From Eimeria praecox (taxonomy: Eukaryota), in assembly GCA_963920595.1 (NCBI GenBank), contig OY986948.1, forward strand, positions 5,456,001-5,520,000: a DNA stretch of 64,000 bases, given 5' to 3'. The translations under genes were made by a program, and so were the position numbers. The stretch's first letter is position 1; every line of letters begins with the position of its first letter. The notes under the pieces are model-generated. The model was not told the DNA's origin. It did not search any database and saw nothing but the letters and a program-made list of their open reading frames with translations. This document shows positions 38,601-52,945 of the stretch, piece after piece.

Positions 38601-41600
38601 GTCTGAGTTCGTATTTACAAGATGTCTTCAGAACCGCGTAAACAGTTTCGATTATCGTTCGTCTTTTCCAAGGAATTGATTTGACAAGGATCCCCGATAA
38701 AGCCAGCTGCACTGTTCAGCAATCGGCATACAGCTTGAACTTGACGCATTTGGTTTCTTCGAAATAAGCTCCGTCTGCTGCGATATGACCTCAGGTTAGG
38801 CCGCAACTCTTCAAGCAAGATCAGGATCCTTGTATGGCACTATCTGCGAAACTGATTTGTGTTCGGAGTACACGCAACGCATGAATGCGCCTGCCATTTT
38901 TGCTCGATCTGGATATCTCACAATAATGTGGTGACCGCGCTCCAATACAGTAGGCAACGCTGAACAGGGGGCAGGCCATCAACCGGCAAGCACTCGACGC
39001 TTCTCAGCGTCTTGAACAGTGTAGGGTATTACTGATCTTCCAATAAGAAGCGCTATTGCAAGGACGGCCCGAGCACACAGCCGCTGCGCTTAGCATTGCG
39101 CTTGGGGTTGGTTCGCCTTCCTTGTTTGATTTCATCTCTCTCTGCCGTTCGACATTCACGCAACATTTGGCGGCTAGATAGAGAATTCACGCGCATGGGC
39201 AATTTGTTCTTGTGTGCTTGGCTCGTATGGGCCCATATACGGGCGCGAGGGGGGAGAGCCTTTTCTAATGGTAGGGCCCGTCGATATATTGCACAGGAAG
39301 TATGAACGTAATTAGCTGCCAGAGTTGCAGGGATACCAAGTTTTCAGCAGGGTGAACAATCCGTAGCACCTCTGAAGGATCCAAAGCGAAGCCACTTTGT
39401 GTTCGCGGTGATGGGTATTACGTCTCAGACTGTATGAGGGCAGGCATGAATATGCGTGCAGATGGGTGGAGATTTGTGGAGTTACAGTGCGGTAAGAATT
39501 GCGGTTTTCTTCTTGGTTTAGCCGTGCACCTGCTGGGCGCTCATGATTTGTGTTGATTGCTGACTAACATTTCGGCCACCCGGGTTATGCGTGGTGGCGA
39601 CTGTTCTGTGAAGGACGAGAGCAGCGAAGTGCGGGCCGTGCCCAACAATGTGAATAAGACGAATTGTATAGGTCCACATGGAACTTGCACAAAAGAACAC
39701 AGAACGCGTGCTTCACTGTGCACCTATTGGATACCCCACACGAAAGCGAAACTCATAGCGCAGCCGACGCAACCGTTTTGCGTCCGGCGTAACAGCACTG
39801 TTCATATGCTTTCCTCATCTTCTTTCAACGCCGTTGTCTCTGGTCAAAGTGTTGAAAGCACCCCAACTAGTAAGCATGGCCAAACAAGCAGCAGGCGATC
39901 ATTCGCCGGGCACATGATCGCTCCCCACTGTCTTGAGCAATTTATTTTGCCGTTGCTCTTTCAGAAAGGGGCAAGTATTACAAGAATGCTCCATGCATCG
40001 ATTTGCATGGTTCTGCAGGCGCCAGTGGGCTTCGGCTGTGCTCGCTTGCGCTGCGTAGAATAAGCTCTGTCTTCCAATATGATTATACTCAGCATTTGGG
40101 GGGTAGGGAACCTGCATGTGCAAGAAGCACCGTCGGGGTATGTAGTGTTTATGGGTGCGTTTACGGATGCGATGCTGCGAAGCTTGCCTTGGCATTGCAA
40201 TCGCTCGCCGCTTTCGGCAGGAAGTATGCACATAATTGCCCGCCAGAAGTTTTAGATATACCAGGCGCTTAGCAAGAATTGTTTGATAGACGTTTTAAAC
40301 GCTGGTGTCCCAAATCATTTTATGGGCGCCCGCATGGGTATTGCCACGCTTCAGGGTGTATGAGAGCATTCATAAATTCCCAGGCCCATGCGCGCAGGCT
40401 TGTAGCGTTACAATGTGAAAAAACGAGGGGCGGCGTAGCTTGCCTTGACCGTACGTACGCTGGTTGCGCTTGCGAGGCAGAGCGTGACCTTACAAGCGGC
40501 ATCATTAAATTGGTGATGCAGCATATTTCCCGCGCTATATGTGACACGAAAAAGAAGAGTATCACGGTGGTTTGTGACAGCGTTTGGTGACATTGATGGC
40601 CTATCCGGCCATGCATGGGAGCAGCTGATTGGGGCAGGACAGGAAAAGTTGATAGCGGGTTGCGACCGGCCTCGCGGTTACTGCGCGTTCCGCAGATCCG
40701 CATGGCGTTTGCATGCAGGAGCGCGGAGCTACTACCTCGTTGTACAGTTATTGGGTAGCACGAACGAAAGCGGAACTCGTGGTACGGGCGGGAGGTTTTG
40801 GTTTGGCAGGATTGTTCAAGCTATTTTTTGTTCATAATTGATGCTATTAATGGACCTGCCGCCGCTCAGAAAAGGGTGTTCGTAGCGCCTTTCAATTCAA
40901 GGAGAACCTGGCACATTGCAGCTTACTTCACTTTCCTTACTTGTTTTATGGGTCTTGAAAATTTGCAGTTTCGAATGACAAATTTTCTCTTGGTCATAAA
41001 GCAAAGCCCGGTTCTACAGGGACCCCCGCGCAACCAGCTGCACTGTTTTTCAGTTTATATTGAGCTTGGGCCTAGTTCGCTTGACTGACTGAAGCCAGCT
41101 CCGTCGGTTGGTAGGAATGTAAAACATAGATAGTGTTTGGCAAGTTGCTACGAGACGGGAAATTATGCACATCGTGGAGCTATGTTGATTGTATGATTTT
41201 GGAGCCGCATTTCACCCTGAATGCCGCATGGCGATGCCTCTGCAGTATCCATCACTTGCTCTTTCGGCCAGCAAGTATGCTCTTCTAAGCAACGCCATTT
41301 GATCCGCGCAGCTATGGATATCGTTATGCCCCAGGTTGCCTAGTGCCGGGCATGAATTTAATGCGTGCCTGCATGCCGATTTAGGTTGCAGTGTAGTGAC
41401 AAGAAGGAGCTTACTTTGTTTAGCCATGCACGCTTTCTGTGTGAGCTGAGGCCGGGTGTTTGGATAAGAGTTATGCGCCTGCGCGGTGATTTGTTAAACA
41501 CATTGTAGCATTGGGTATCTTCCCTGTTCTGTACGGTGACAAGCGGCAGGGGAAGTAGGGACGTCCGAGCTGCGTCCGACGGCGGGGCGGAAACGAGCTG

Positions 41601-44600
41601 TGAAGGTCAGCATGACGCTTGCACAAAACTGGCTGAACGGGCAGATCATAGAAGCTTTTGGATAGCAGAAAAGGAGGCGTAACCCGTAGTGCAAGCGAAG
41701 ACTTCTTGTTTGATAGGTGTAGTTAATCTGTTTTGTGTTCGAAGTGGGTGTGCCGCGGAAGAATGCGTCACTCTCATTCCTTCTCGTTCTCGCGTGGGAT
41801 CTCGCGGCAGCATGCTGATAGCACTCCAACATAGAAAACACATGCAAGCGGGAAGCAAGCCTTCGGTGTGCACGCGCGTGATATTTCCTGCATGTCTTGA
41901 AATCATTCGACTGTCGTTAATTCCCGAAGAAGTAGGGGTTTTACAAGGACTCCCAGTGAAGCCAGCTCCTTCGTTGTGTGATGAGTATTTAGCTTGAGCG
42001 CTTGCGGAATCACGGCAAATCCGATTACTGACGGTTGCTATGATTGAAATCAGCTGTCAGTCGATAGGAATATACGCCGTATTTGGCAGCTTGCTTGAGG
42101 GCCTTCCTCTTGTACACTCGTGTGTCCAGAAAGTATGTACACAGCCAGCTGTCAGGAAGATTTTAGTAGCTCGACCAGTCCCTAGAACGTCTGAAGGACT
42201 CGAAGTGAATTCCCCCTCTAGGCTGATGTATGGGGGCTGTTGCGTTTAATGCTCTCTGGTGGCAGTCGTGGATGTGGGTGCGCAAGAATGCAGATTTGTT
42301 GAGTTGGAGTAGAAGCCGTAGGGCGTTATTCTCCGCAGCGGCTACCTCAATTGGAATCTACCGGAGATGTGTGTTTTGGTGCGCTGCACGCCCTTGCGAA
42401 CCGGAATCTGGCTTTACAAATGGTATCATTAAGTTGATGAGGTAGCGTCTACGCCGAGCATTATCTGGTAAGAGAAAGAAGTGTTTTGCGGTGATTCGTC
42501 CCGTACTTTTAATAGCATTGATGACCCGCTAGGCTACGCAATATGGTAGTTCTTCTGGGGAGCACCGGATTACGGAGGAGCACGCTGCGCCCGTGCGCAC
42601 AGCCAACACGGAGTTTGTAAAGCGTCATGTCGCTTGGACAGAGGAGCGAGGTACTCATAAGTCATTTTGGACTTGCTGGGCAGCATGCAAGAGCGGAACA
42701 CCTATCTCAGGCAGGCGGGCTTTTGTTCGACCAGACTGGTTGAGCTAGTTTGCGTTGGGAATTGACGCAATTCATGAATATGCAACTGATATGATTTCGA
42801 AGCAACCGTCTCGCAGCAGGGTGTTCGGGGCATCTTGCTTCGGAGCGCCTTCCCATATGCACCTGCAGCGAACTTGGATCACTGGAAATTGGCTTGCGCA
42901 TGTGCTGCATCTTGCTTGTCGTTAGCGTTTGCAATTCTCCTTGATTTTTGACCAAGACGCGGTTTAAGACGGGCTGCCCATGCAGCCACCTGCACCGTAC
43001 TGCAGTGATATTTAGCCTTGGAGTGGCTCGCTTGCCCGGGTTAAAATATGCTCCGTTTGGTGATGGGCGCATTCACTGTATTTGGCTTGCTGCTACCGGT
43101 TCTGCATATATGCAACAACCCTGATTATATGCAACGTGCGTGGGTGCTACGTGCGACATGGTGAAGCAATCTCTGCAGTTGCGCACCCGAACTGTTCTCG
43201 CCAGAGAGTGTGGAACTAGCTCAGTACCTAGCGCTTACTGGCGTCAACGGTTTGCTGCACGTCTGAGAGAGCAAGAACAGCATCATCAGCCTGATGCAGC
43301 TGCTGTAACTGCTGGTGGATTTCAGGCAGTCCCGTAGTTGCCATGGATGCATATACAGATGCATGCAGGCTTATGGAGTCGCAGTGTGGAAGCCCGTTTT
43401 GTGTTAGCCGCGTTCCCTTTCGGTTTCTACTCTGGCAGCGAGTTCCGATGCCAGTGAAGGTTTAGGGAGGCGTACTTGCAGTGCAATACGTGGTAGGTGG
43501 GTGCAGCGACCACGTTATCATGATTGTAGTTGTCCTGAGAAGGGCACAAATAGCGAAAGGCGGGCTATTTCCGACAACGCTACCAAAGCCATTGGCGTAG
43601 ACACACAGCGCACGTGTGTGAACGAACACCGAACCAGTAAATTACTTTGCAGCTTTTGAGTAATACTGAGGGAAGAGCAGCTCGCATTCCCGGGTGATGA
43701 CTCTGGTTTAGTATGATTTGTTAAGCTGTTCTATCCTTGGAGTAAATGCTATTTACGAATGTGTAAGCAATATTTTTCCGAAATAGCTGCCGCGCAACAG
43801 GGCGTTAGAAACGTCTTGAAGCTATCCTCTGGGCATCTTGAGAATTTCCAGTCCTCGTTGGCCTTCTAGCGGGGGGTGGTTTCTGCCAGAACACCCTGTG
43901 GGGCCGACTACTGGCAAGCGTGCCCCCTGTTTGACCTTCCCGGTTAAATGAATGCAGTTCATTTGATCGATAGGAGTGTACACAATGATTGACGGAGAGC
44001 TAGAAGAAGAGCGTGTGTGTGCATGCAACCGGACTTTGTAATTGTCTGCGCGCGTGTACGGGGATATGGTGGCGAAGCCTTTTCTGGCGTTGCGGTTGAA
44101 CACTGGGTTTGCCAGAGAGTAGGCTTATAATTAGCTTTCAGGCTTGTGGGGGTGCAAACCCTCCAGTGGCTTGATCGCTTTGTAGCAAACGTGAAGCACC
44201 CACAGCCAATTGGTCTTCTTACCTCAATTATGCAAGCTTTTGCATTGCGTAGGGCCTAATGGTAGGCCTGGGTGCATATGTTGATGCATGCAGAATTGAG
44301 AAGTTGCTGTTAAACCAAGTGGAGTTCTCGTTGGATTGAGTCACGTTCGCATTGGGCATCTACTGGGGAGGAGCCTCAAAGCGCTGTAATATGGTTGCGC
44401 GAGACAGATTCTGACATTACAGGCGATACTGGTGTGTTGCTGAGGCAGTGTATACGGGGAATACCACGCTCTGCAGGAGGAAGCAACGGATAGGCGGTTA
44501 TTTGTGGGAACTGTTCAGCAGCATTGGTAATTAAGCAGATTACTTATGATGATAGTTGCTCTGCGAAAAAGGGGAGTAGTTAAATTGTTGACAGCGATCA

Positions 44601-45469
44601 ATAGCGCAGCCAATAAGTGTTGTGTAGATCCGCATGGCATTTGTATCAAAGAACGCGGAAACAGCAGTTCATTGTGTAGTTATTTAGCATCACAGAAGAA
44701 AAAACGAAGCTCGCTCTGCAGCGAGCTGTTTCAGTTTCCGCGAGATTAATTAAGCTGTTTTTGTTCGGAGTACACAATTTTTTCTGAATGTCTCGATGAT
44801 ATGTTCTCGATGCAGTCATCTAGGAAAAGAGTGCTGGTAGCACATTAATATATTCCTCTTTAGCTGTCTAGCAAGGACCAATTTAGCGAGAACGCCCCCT
44901 GCAGCCAGCGTCATCTTCCTGAAGTTGGTATTGGGCTTATGCGTCCTTTGCATGTACCTGGTATAAGTTAAATCTGTCTGCCTGTAAGAATATACGCAGT
45001 AGCGCGCTACTTCTAGACCTGCATGTGTGAGCATCGCAGCGGCATGCAGTTTCTATGCGTGATGAGGCAAGGGCCTCTCTGGTACTGCAATTGTGGGCTG
45101 TTCCTCAAGAGAGTATGAACCTAGTTAATTGCTGGAGCGGCAAGGGTGAGAGTGGCTTGGCAGTTAGAACAGGTTTTATTCCCTCAAACCCTCCTTCTCC
45201 TGAGCCCAACCCCGAAGACAGAACTTCATCTTCTTGCCGTGGTTATTGGTGGGTTTCCAGCTTAAGTTTGCGCTAGAAGTTTCTGGCTTTACAAAGGAGC
45301 CAGTAGACTGCTGGGGCAGTATGTGCAGCGCCATGCGTGGTGGGAGGGAGCAGCGACTACGCGGTGATGTGTACCAAATATTCAGTGATATTTGCCGCCA
45401 GCAGGGCTATGCGTAATGGTAGAGGCTCCATGGAGGGCGGTAACAGCGAAATGCGGGCGGCTTCCGGCA

Positions 45470-45815
45470 GGAGTACTGACTGCCATCCAGGCTGTGTATG
45501 AGGGCACCTTTGGTGCGAAGGACGAGGATTGTGGTATGCGAGCCACCGTATGTATTAGTGGGCTCAATTTTTTCAAAAGCGGCAAGAGAAATATTTTCAC
45601 TGAATGCTTGCTGTGATACCCATTGCAGCACGAGTACAGCCCATAGCATCGAGGGCGTGAGACCTTAACGCTTTCCATCCCCCCCTCACTTTTTAAACAA
45701 ATATTGGCATTATTTAGAGATAATTAACTTTAAAAGAGGGCTACGCTTGCTGCGGGGGTTAACCCAGCATCTCACAACATGAGCTGAGGACAGCCTCAGA
45801 AGAGAACTTGGAGGC
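45470..45815. other. Segment apparently unrelated to the monomer that interrupts the array (insertion/replacement)
   Basis: The monomer pattern stops after AACAGCGAAATGCGGGCGGCTTCCG (~45465) and resumes at TAGTGCAGGCGGGTGTTTCTGGT (~45818). The interval lacks the expected GATCCGCATGGCGC block and contains a C-run and an AT-rich tract (45675-45735). Confidence 0.5.
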
Positions 45816-48800
45816 TCTAGTGCAGGCGGGTGTTTCTGGTGTGACGTGATTAGGCGAGGTCTTTTGCGTTGGGATTGGGTATAACGTCTGAAGCCCTTAC
45901 TGGTCTTCACCTGTGGACCTGGTGCGCCTAGCAGCGTTCCACCTATATCAGAGGCAAACGCGATTCAAAGGCCCTGCAACTCTCTTGGGCAATGAATCTT
46001 CTTCGTGCAGAAACGGCCCTACTATCGTTGGATTTCAAACAAGACTCGGTAGGACAAGAAAGGTTCATACAACCAGACACACCAAGCTGCAATTGTTATT
46101 AGTCTTGCGCCTTGTTTGCTCACCCTGATTTATCTACGCCATCTGCTGGCATGCTTACGCAATATATGGAGGGGAGGTACTTCGCAGGCATGCGCTAAAA
46201 CTGCCGGCTTATTCAGGTTTTTTGCATGTGTTCACGGCCAGCATGTGGCAACGCCATCTCTAGCGTTGCGTCTGCGCGCTGCTTTTGCCAGAGAGTATGA
46301 ATCCAGCTGGCTGCAGCACTTGCATAAATGCGAGGCTGTCAGGTGCGCGAGCAGTTTATAGCAAGCGTGAAACATCCAACGCATATTCATTGTCTTGGTG
46401 CACGTATAGGTGCTGCTAGGCGTGAACCTTCCTCTTGCTTGGCATATGTGCTATCTCAGGAGAACGTTCAGCTCGTTTCGCCCTTACTGAGGCAGGGCGT
46501 TGCGATGTGTGATCTCCATTTTCGAGGCATGGTCTGGCATCACAAATTCTGTCGGAAAGTTGGTTGCATATCTGCAGCGCAACACGTGGCAGAAGGAAGC
46601 AGCCACTAAGTTAGAAATTGCGCCGACGATTCACTATGGGTTGCAATTAGCCCCGTCATGCACGATGTAAGCTGCTCTACAAGGGCGGCAATATCGAAGT
46701 GCGATTCGTTGCCAGCAGCGCAAACAGCACGACGTGCGTGAATCTGCACGGCGCTGGTAGGCCAGAATGCCGAACCCGCAACACTTTGTGCAGCTACAGG
46801 GGAATATAAATGGAATCGCAACCCTTAGCGTAGGCGGGTGTTTCTCGTTTTGCAAGAATAGTTAATCTGTCTTGTATTGGAAGTACGCACACAGTACAAC
46901 TGTGTCATTCATTTTCGCTCGAGCTTGGCACCTCACAGCAAACTGTTGATAGAACTTCTACATAGGAGAAAGATGCGAACGGGAGCCAGGCCCTCAGCCT
47001 GCGGCAACGTGGCGCCTCCGGCACGTACTGAACGCATTCGACAATGGTTGGCCTTCTAACCAGAAGCGATTGAACAAGGGCACTCTCCGCAGCCGCAACT
47101 TGCATCCATATGCAGTTAGTGTCACGATTGAGCTCGATTTGCTTACCGTCGTTAAAGTCAGTTCTGTGCGCCGGTAGGAGCATACGCAATCTTTGGCGAA
47201 GCAGTAGGGGACCTATAACTTTGAGCAGCTTGTGCTCATGGCGTTTGCTGGGCCCGCTCACGGGAGCTATGGCCAAGCTCTTTGTGACGTGATGATCTTG
47301 CTCCGTTCTGCCCAGGACGTATGCGCATTGATTCGCTGCACGAGTTGGGAGTATGCAGAACATTCAGCAGCGCGAAGCAGCACATCCGAGTCCGAGGGAG
47401 TCCAAGCAAAATTAGACTCTGGGCGCCTTTGCGAGTAGTGTTGCGCTTCAGCTTGTACGCGAGCATGCATCGGTATGGATGTGCATGGGCGCAAGGCTGT
47501 GGAGTTGAGAGTTGATTAGTAGTAAGGTCGCCTACATGTTTTAATCGTGCTCGTCTTTGTTACCTACTGAGGTGGGGTACTGTGATACGCAGCACGGGTT
47601 TGCGAGACAGATTACTTGATTGCAAGAGACGGCATATTTGGTGAAGCAGTGTATGCCCAGCGCCACACGCGGTAGAAGGAAGCTTGGGCTATGCAGCAGA
47701 TTGTGCCAAAGGTTTAGTAGTATTCAGAGCCGACAAGGTTTATGGAATACATAATTTCAGCCCCTCTGTGAAGGGACGTACTAGTGACGGGCGGGCCGCG
47801 CCCGACAGTGTGGCCGTCACCACTTTTGTGAATCCCCATGGCGCCTGCAAAGCACGAAACGGAACGCGTAATTGATTGAGTGGTTATTGAGTACCAAAAT
47901 GGAATTGATATTCCGTAATCTAGGCGGATGTTCCTAGCTTCGCGAGATGCCTTAAACTGGCTTGCGCTTGGCGCGTTCGCATTTTACAAATGCGTTACTC
48001 AATTTCCTTCAAGCTTGGTATTCCACGCAAAGTGTTAATAGTTTTCCAACTGTCAAAGCGGCGACAACAGGCAGGTGGTTTCGAGTTTTCTCGTAAGTGA
48101 TGCCTCATGTCTATAAAGCATTGCACATTTTCGATCGCATTTGGCCTTAAAGCAAGAGGAGATTTTAGAGGGACGCCCCATGCATTTGCCAGTTGCACGG
48201 CTGCGCTGTTGCTATTCGGGTTGGGATTGGTTCGCTTGCCGTATATAGTTTGTCCCCGTTTTGTGCATTGGAGGACCTGCTATATTTGACGGGGGCCAGG
48301 GGCCTGTATATACGAACAGCTTTGGAAGATCTAATTCATCTGGCACCCCTTCGGGGGCGATGTGGCGAAGCCTTTTCTGGCGTTACGATCGCACTACGTT
48401 CAACCAGGAAGTGTGCACACTAATTAGTTGCAAGTGCTACGGGGATTCCAATCTTTCATCAGCTTGATCAGTTTGTAGCAAGTCTGGAACAAACCAAGCA
48501 AAACCACGTTATGGGCAAGCTTGTGGGAACTGTTACGCTACAGCTTGTATGAGGGCGTGCATGGGTCCGCTTGCGCAAGGGTGCAGATTTGTGGAGTTGA
48601 ATTCTGACAAGGAGTGGAAACGCGCTTTGGTGTACTGGTGCTCTTCTTCGGGAGCTGCTGAGGTGGGGTGTTCCGATACGCACAATACGTTTGCCTGGTT
48701 GAATGCTATATTGAAAAAGATGTCAGTGAATTTTTTCCGGTACTAAATGGTCTGATGAGTACACGGTAGACGATAACAGGGGCTAAGCAGTATAATGCGC

Positions 48801-49678
48801 GCAACATTTTGTAGGACTGGCAACCATCCCGGTCACGTGTGATCCCACTTGTTCCGCCAAGGACAGGAATAGCGAAGGGTGGCCGCGACAGTGTGAGCAC
48901 CACGGGTAGTGCAGAGCAACTGATTGTGGAGCTGGGGGGTACCAAAACCGAAACCAAAGAGCTAATGGAAAGCGGATATTGCTGGTGTGACACGTTTAGT
49001 TCAGATATTTTATTTTTGGAGGCCGGCGGTTTGCCGGAAAGTGCTGATACGACTCCAGGATAGGAGACTGAGACAGATAAGCTGGCCTCCGTCTGTGCGC
49101 ACGTGGTGTCCTCCGCATCCCTTGAACGCCATCGATTATAGTTAAACTTAGAAGAAGGAATGCTTTTACAGAGAAGCCCTAATCAGCTGGGTGTGGCTCC
49201 ATCGTCCAGTTGGTATTCGGTTTGGGCTTGGCTCACTTGCCGTGGTTGAAATCAACCCCGCTTGCCCACCCAGATTACGACGTGCTCTGCCGAGTTGCAC
49301 GTGGGGCCACTGCAGGGTTGTGCTGTACCTGAATGCGCGTCTAGGGGAACGTTGTTGCGAAGTATTTTCTGGCATAGAGGCCGCTGGCTGCTTTGCCCAG
49401 GAAGTATGCGAAGGATTAGCCGAAAAAATCGCTAAGGTCCAAACCGCTCAGATTCGGGGTATCCCTGAGGTAAAAACATAGAACATTAACTCTGTAGAAC
49501 ACGCTTCTATTTGCTGTCATGCCTCAGGCTGTAAGATAGCAGGAGCGAATGGAGAGGTGCTTGCATATTTCGGTGGTGCATGTATACTTGCGGGGCAGAC
49601 TATGACAGTACAAATAATGTCACTTGTTTGCCTAGGCAGTACATGCGCAGTGCACTAGTAGTTAGCAAAAACAGCGGA

Positions 49679-50195
49679 TTGCGCAGACTTTTGCCAAGCG
49701 CATGGCAGCATTGGCGACCTGCTCGGTTGTGTACAGTGGCTTTTGCCTTACACAAGGCTGGAATAGCGAAATGTTCCCCGCGGCCGATAGTGCGGCGAGT
49801 GCGAGCTATTGGAGATCCACATGGCGCTTCAACAAAGCAATGCGAAGCGCATAGGACACGGGTACAGCTGCTGGGTAGCACACACGATAGCCAGACCTCT
49901 TGTGCATGTTGGTGTTTCTGGCTTGAAGTGCTTACTATATCCACATTGCATTCGGAATAGGTGGAATTTACATATGTGCCGCTGATGCCCTGTGGAGCTA
50001 TCCTTCTTGCAGCAGGTTTCCTGAGCACCTCTTCATGATCAGATGCTGGCGTTATACAAGGCCCGGTAGTTCACGCGCTCCACATACCTTCTTCTAGAAA
50101 ATTGCCGATTGCTGGTGGCCCTCCGACAAGAAGCGTTTTTCCACGGGCACCCCATGCAGCCGCCCGCTGCATAGCCCCGCAGTTCGTATTGAGCC
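49679..50195 (+). repeat. ~515-bp near-identical duplication, copy 1 (partner 51650-52166, offset 1971)
   Basis: GGAATAGCGAAATGTTCCCCGCGGCCGATAGTGCGGCGAGTGCGAGCTATTGGAGATCCACATGG and downstream sequence are shared. Minus-strand ORFs ending at 50028 and 51999 share their N-terminal ~90 residues. Confidence 0.93.
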
Positions 50196-51649
50196 TGAAT
50201 TTGTCTCTCTCACCCTGGGGGATGTGAACTGATTCTGCATAGAGGAGTATACGCAGTGTAGTAAAGGGGAGCTAAGCTGCTTGCCTGTGCGGACGCTTTG
50301 GGCGTAAGGGGTTTCTATGCGCCAATTTACGTGCGCTGTGTGGATAAGGCTTCTTCCGCATTACGAGCACGCGTTTGTGCCCAGCTAGTATGTCTTCATA
50401 CATACGCTATCCGCTTGGGGAGAATATGGCTACTATGTTGTTGGTGGGTGCCTGGTTGCATCGCTTTTCTGCATGTGCTTTGAAGTAGATTTGTGGGGTG
50501 GCAGATCGAAGGAAAGCACATGCTCGGTTTCGTCTACGTTGCCGGTTTTAACGTCTACTGGGACAGGATGATATGCTTTTGCCAGGCACACTATGGCAAT
50601 ACAAGCGGTGCCAGCAGATGGGTTAGCCAGTATAGGAGCAACCCATAATTGGTAGGACGAAGCAGTGGCTTGCGGCGGTTTGTGTCAAGCGCTTGGCTCT
50701 TAGGATCTACCGGATCGTGCATGATGGCATAATTTTTTGTATGACAGACTTGGCGAGAGGCGGGCAGGGGCCCACAGCGCGAACAACGCGAATTGTACAA
50801 GTCCGCACAGGGCTTGCGCAAAAGAATGCAGGACCCCTAGCTCATTGTGTGAATATCACGGAACGCAATCGAGGGCGAACTCATGGTATTGGAGGGTGTT
50901 TGCGGTTTAGCGAGATTAGCTAACCTGTTGACTATTCGGGGAAGGAGCAATGCATGAATTTATTACTGTTTGTCGTTCGAGCATGGTCCAACATAGTATG
51001 TCGGAATATACTGAAAGCAAGACCTCCGTCGGCGAGCAAGTGATGTCTTCTACAAGACCTGACAATTTTGGACTACTGCTGACCTTCTACTGGCAACCCC
51101 TCCGACAAGGACGGCGCATGCAGCCAGCTACGCTTCCTTCCATCGGGGATTCGGCCTGGGCTTGATTCCATTCCTGTAATTGAAATCAGCTTTATGTGCT
51201 GAACAGGAGTACTATGCAGAATTCGGCTAACAGTGAGGGAACCGCATACCTGGTGACGTAGGGCCAGGTGGTTTTTGTGGGCCTTTCTACACGCGTTGTG
51301 TGGCGATGTCTTTTGGGTGCGTTTTGCGTGCGTTTTTGGGGCCAGAGGGTATGCACATGATATGTTGCAGCAGTTACGAAGAGGGGATGACCTTAGCAGC
51401 ATGGCAAGTTCGTACCATATCTAAAGCGTCAGGGGTAAGCTAATTTTAATATACCTGTTATAGGTGCTGTTACCCTTCAGGCGGTATGACAGCAGGCGCG
51501 CATGTGCCGGTGCATCCATGTATGCTTGCGGAGATGCAGTCTGACGGCAATTGGGAACGTAGGCCCCTGGAAAACAGGATACGGCATTAGAAACGATCTC
51601 AGCTATTGGGCGACGCGGTATATATGCAGCGCAATACGCAAACAGGAGG

Positions 51650-52166
51650 TTGCGCAGATTTTTGCCAATCGCATGGTAGCATTGACGACCTGCTCGGTTG
51701 TGTGCAGTGGCTTTTACCTTACACAAGACTGGAATAGCGAAATGTTCCCCGCGGCCGATAGTGCGGCGAGTGCGAGCTATTGGAGATCCACATGGCGCTT
51801 CAACAAAGCAATGCGAAGCGCATAGGACACGGGTACAGCTGCTGGGTAGCACACACGATAGCCAGACCTCTTGTGCATGTTGGTGTTTCTGGCTTGAAGT
51901 GCTTACTATATCCACATTGCATTCGGAATAGGTGGAATTTACATATGTGCCGCTGATACCCTGTGGAGCTATCCTTCTTGCAGCAGGTTTCCTGAGCACC
52001 TCTCCATGATCAAATGCTGGCGTTATACAAGGCCCGGTAGTTCACGCGCTCCACATACCTTCTTCTAGAAAATTGTCGATTGCTGGTGGCCCTCCGGCAA
52101 GAAGCGTTTTTTCACGGGCACCCCATGCAGCAGCCCGCTGCATAGCCCTGCAGTTCGTATTGTGCC
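51650..52166 (+). repeat. ~515-bp near-identical duplication, copy 2
   Basis: Matches 49679-50195 at a constant offset of 1971. Confidence 0.93.
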
Positions 52167-52945
52167 TCTACTTTCTCCTTGCTTCTATTGGCTCGGGTGT
52201 TGCATGAATTTGTCAAGCTGCTACGGGAGGTGCATGCGGGGCTATCGGGGGAGTTAACGCGCGCCTATCGATATACGCTGTGAAGTGAGAGGCGTTCCGG
52301 AAGTTACGAGCAAGCGATATTTTGCCCAGGAGGTACGCACGTAGAAGCTGCGCCATCGACCTGACTCTGTTGTGGGTGGTGTTATGCTTATTGATGCTTG
52401 ATGTCAGGCATGGCTGTGTGTGAACCTGTACGCAAATTCGTTGCATTTTTTGAGAGAGAGGAAGCTTCAATTCGTTTGCGTATAACAATGGATTTCCTTG
52501 GTATTTCGGTGGGCGATGTAAGCCGATAGGATATATCATTTTGCAAGCTAGCATCTGCCACTATAGATGCTGTCCTGCAAAACAATATCGACCATATATG
52601 CGTGTAGTGCCCCACAAATTGACGATTCCAGTACCTTCGAGGGGCACTATCCATGTAGTACCATGCGTAATTTAAATCAGACTTTTAGGAGCATTAGCGA
52701 AACGCTCAGCAGCACCTCATAACCTCGTTTGCCAAAAGTGCAGAATAGCGAACTGCCGCCAACCCCACACATGCTGCGAAGGTCCGTACCCTGTTTGCAG
52801 TTGAACGCCAACGCCTAGAGAATTGTGTAGCAATTGGGTACCACAGGCGAGAGGTGCAGCGGCGGCCATGCGACCTGTTTGCGCTTTGGGGAAACGTGTG
52901 AGGCTGCTCTTTGTTAGCAGTATGTGAAGCATAACAAAGCAACGC

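Noticed and set aside
49679..52166. Paired direct repeats (also 31223/32290) as LTRs of a retroelement
   Set aside because: I saw no TG..CA termini, primer-binding site, target-site duplication or gag/pol remnants. Both the repeats and the interior are ordinary monomer sequence.
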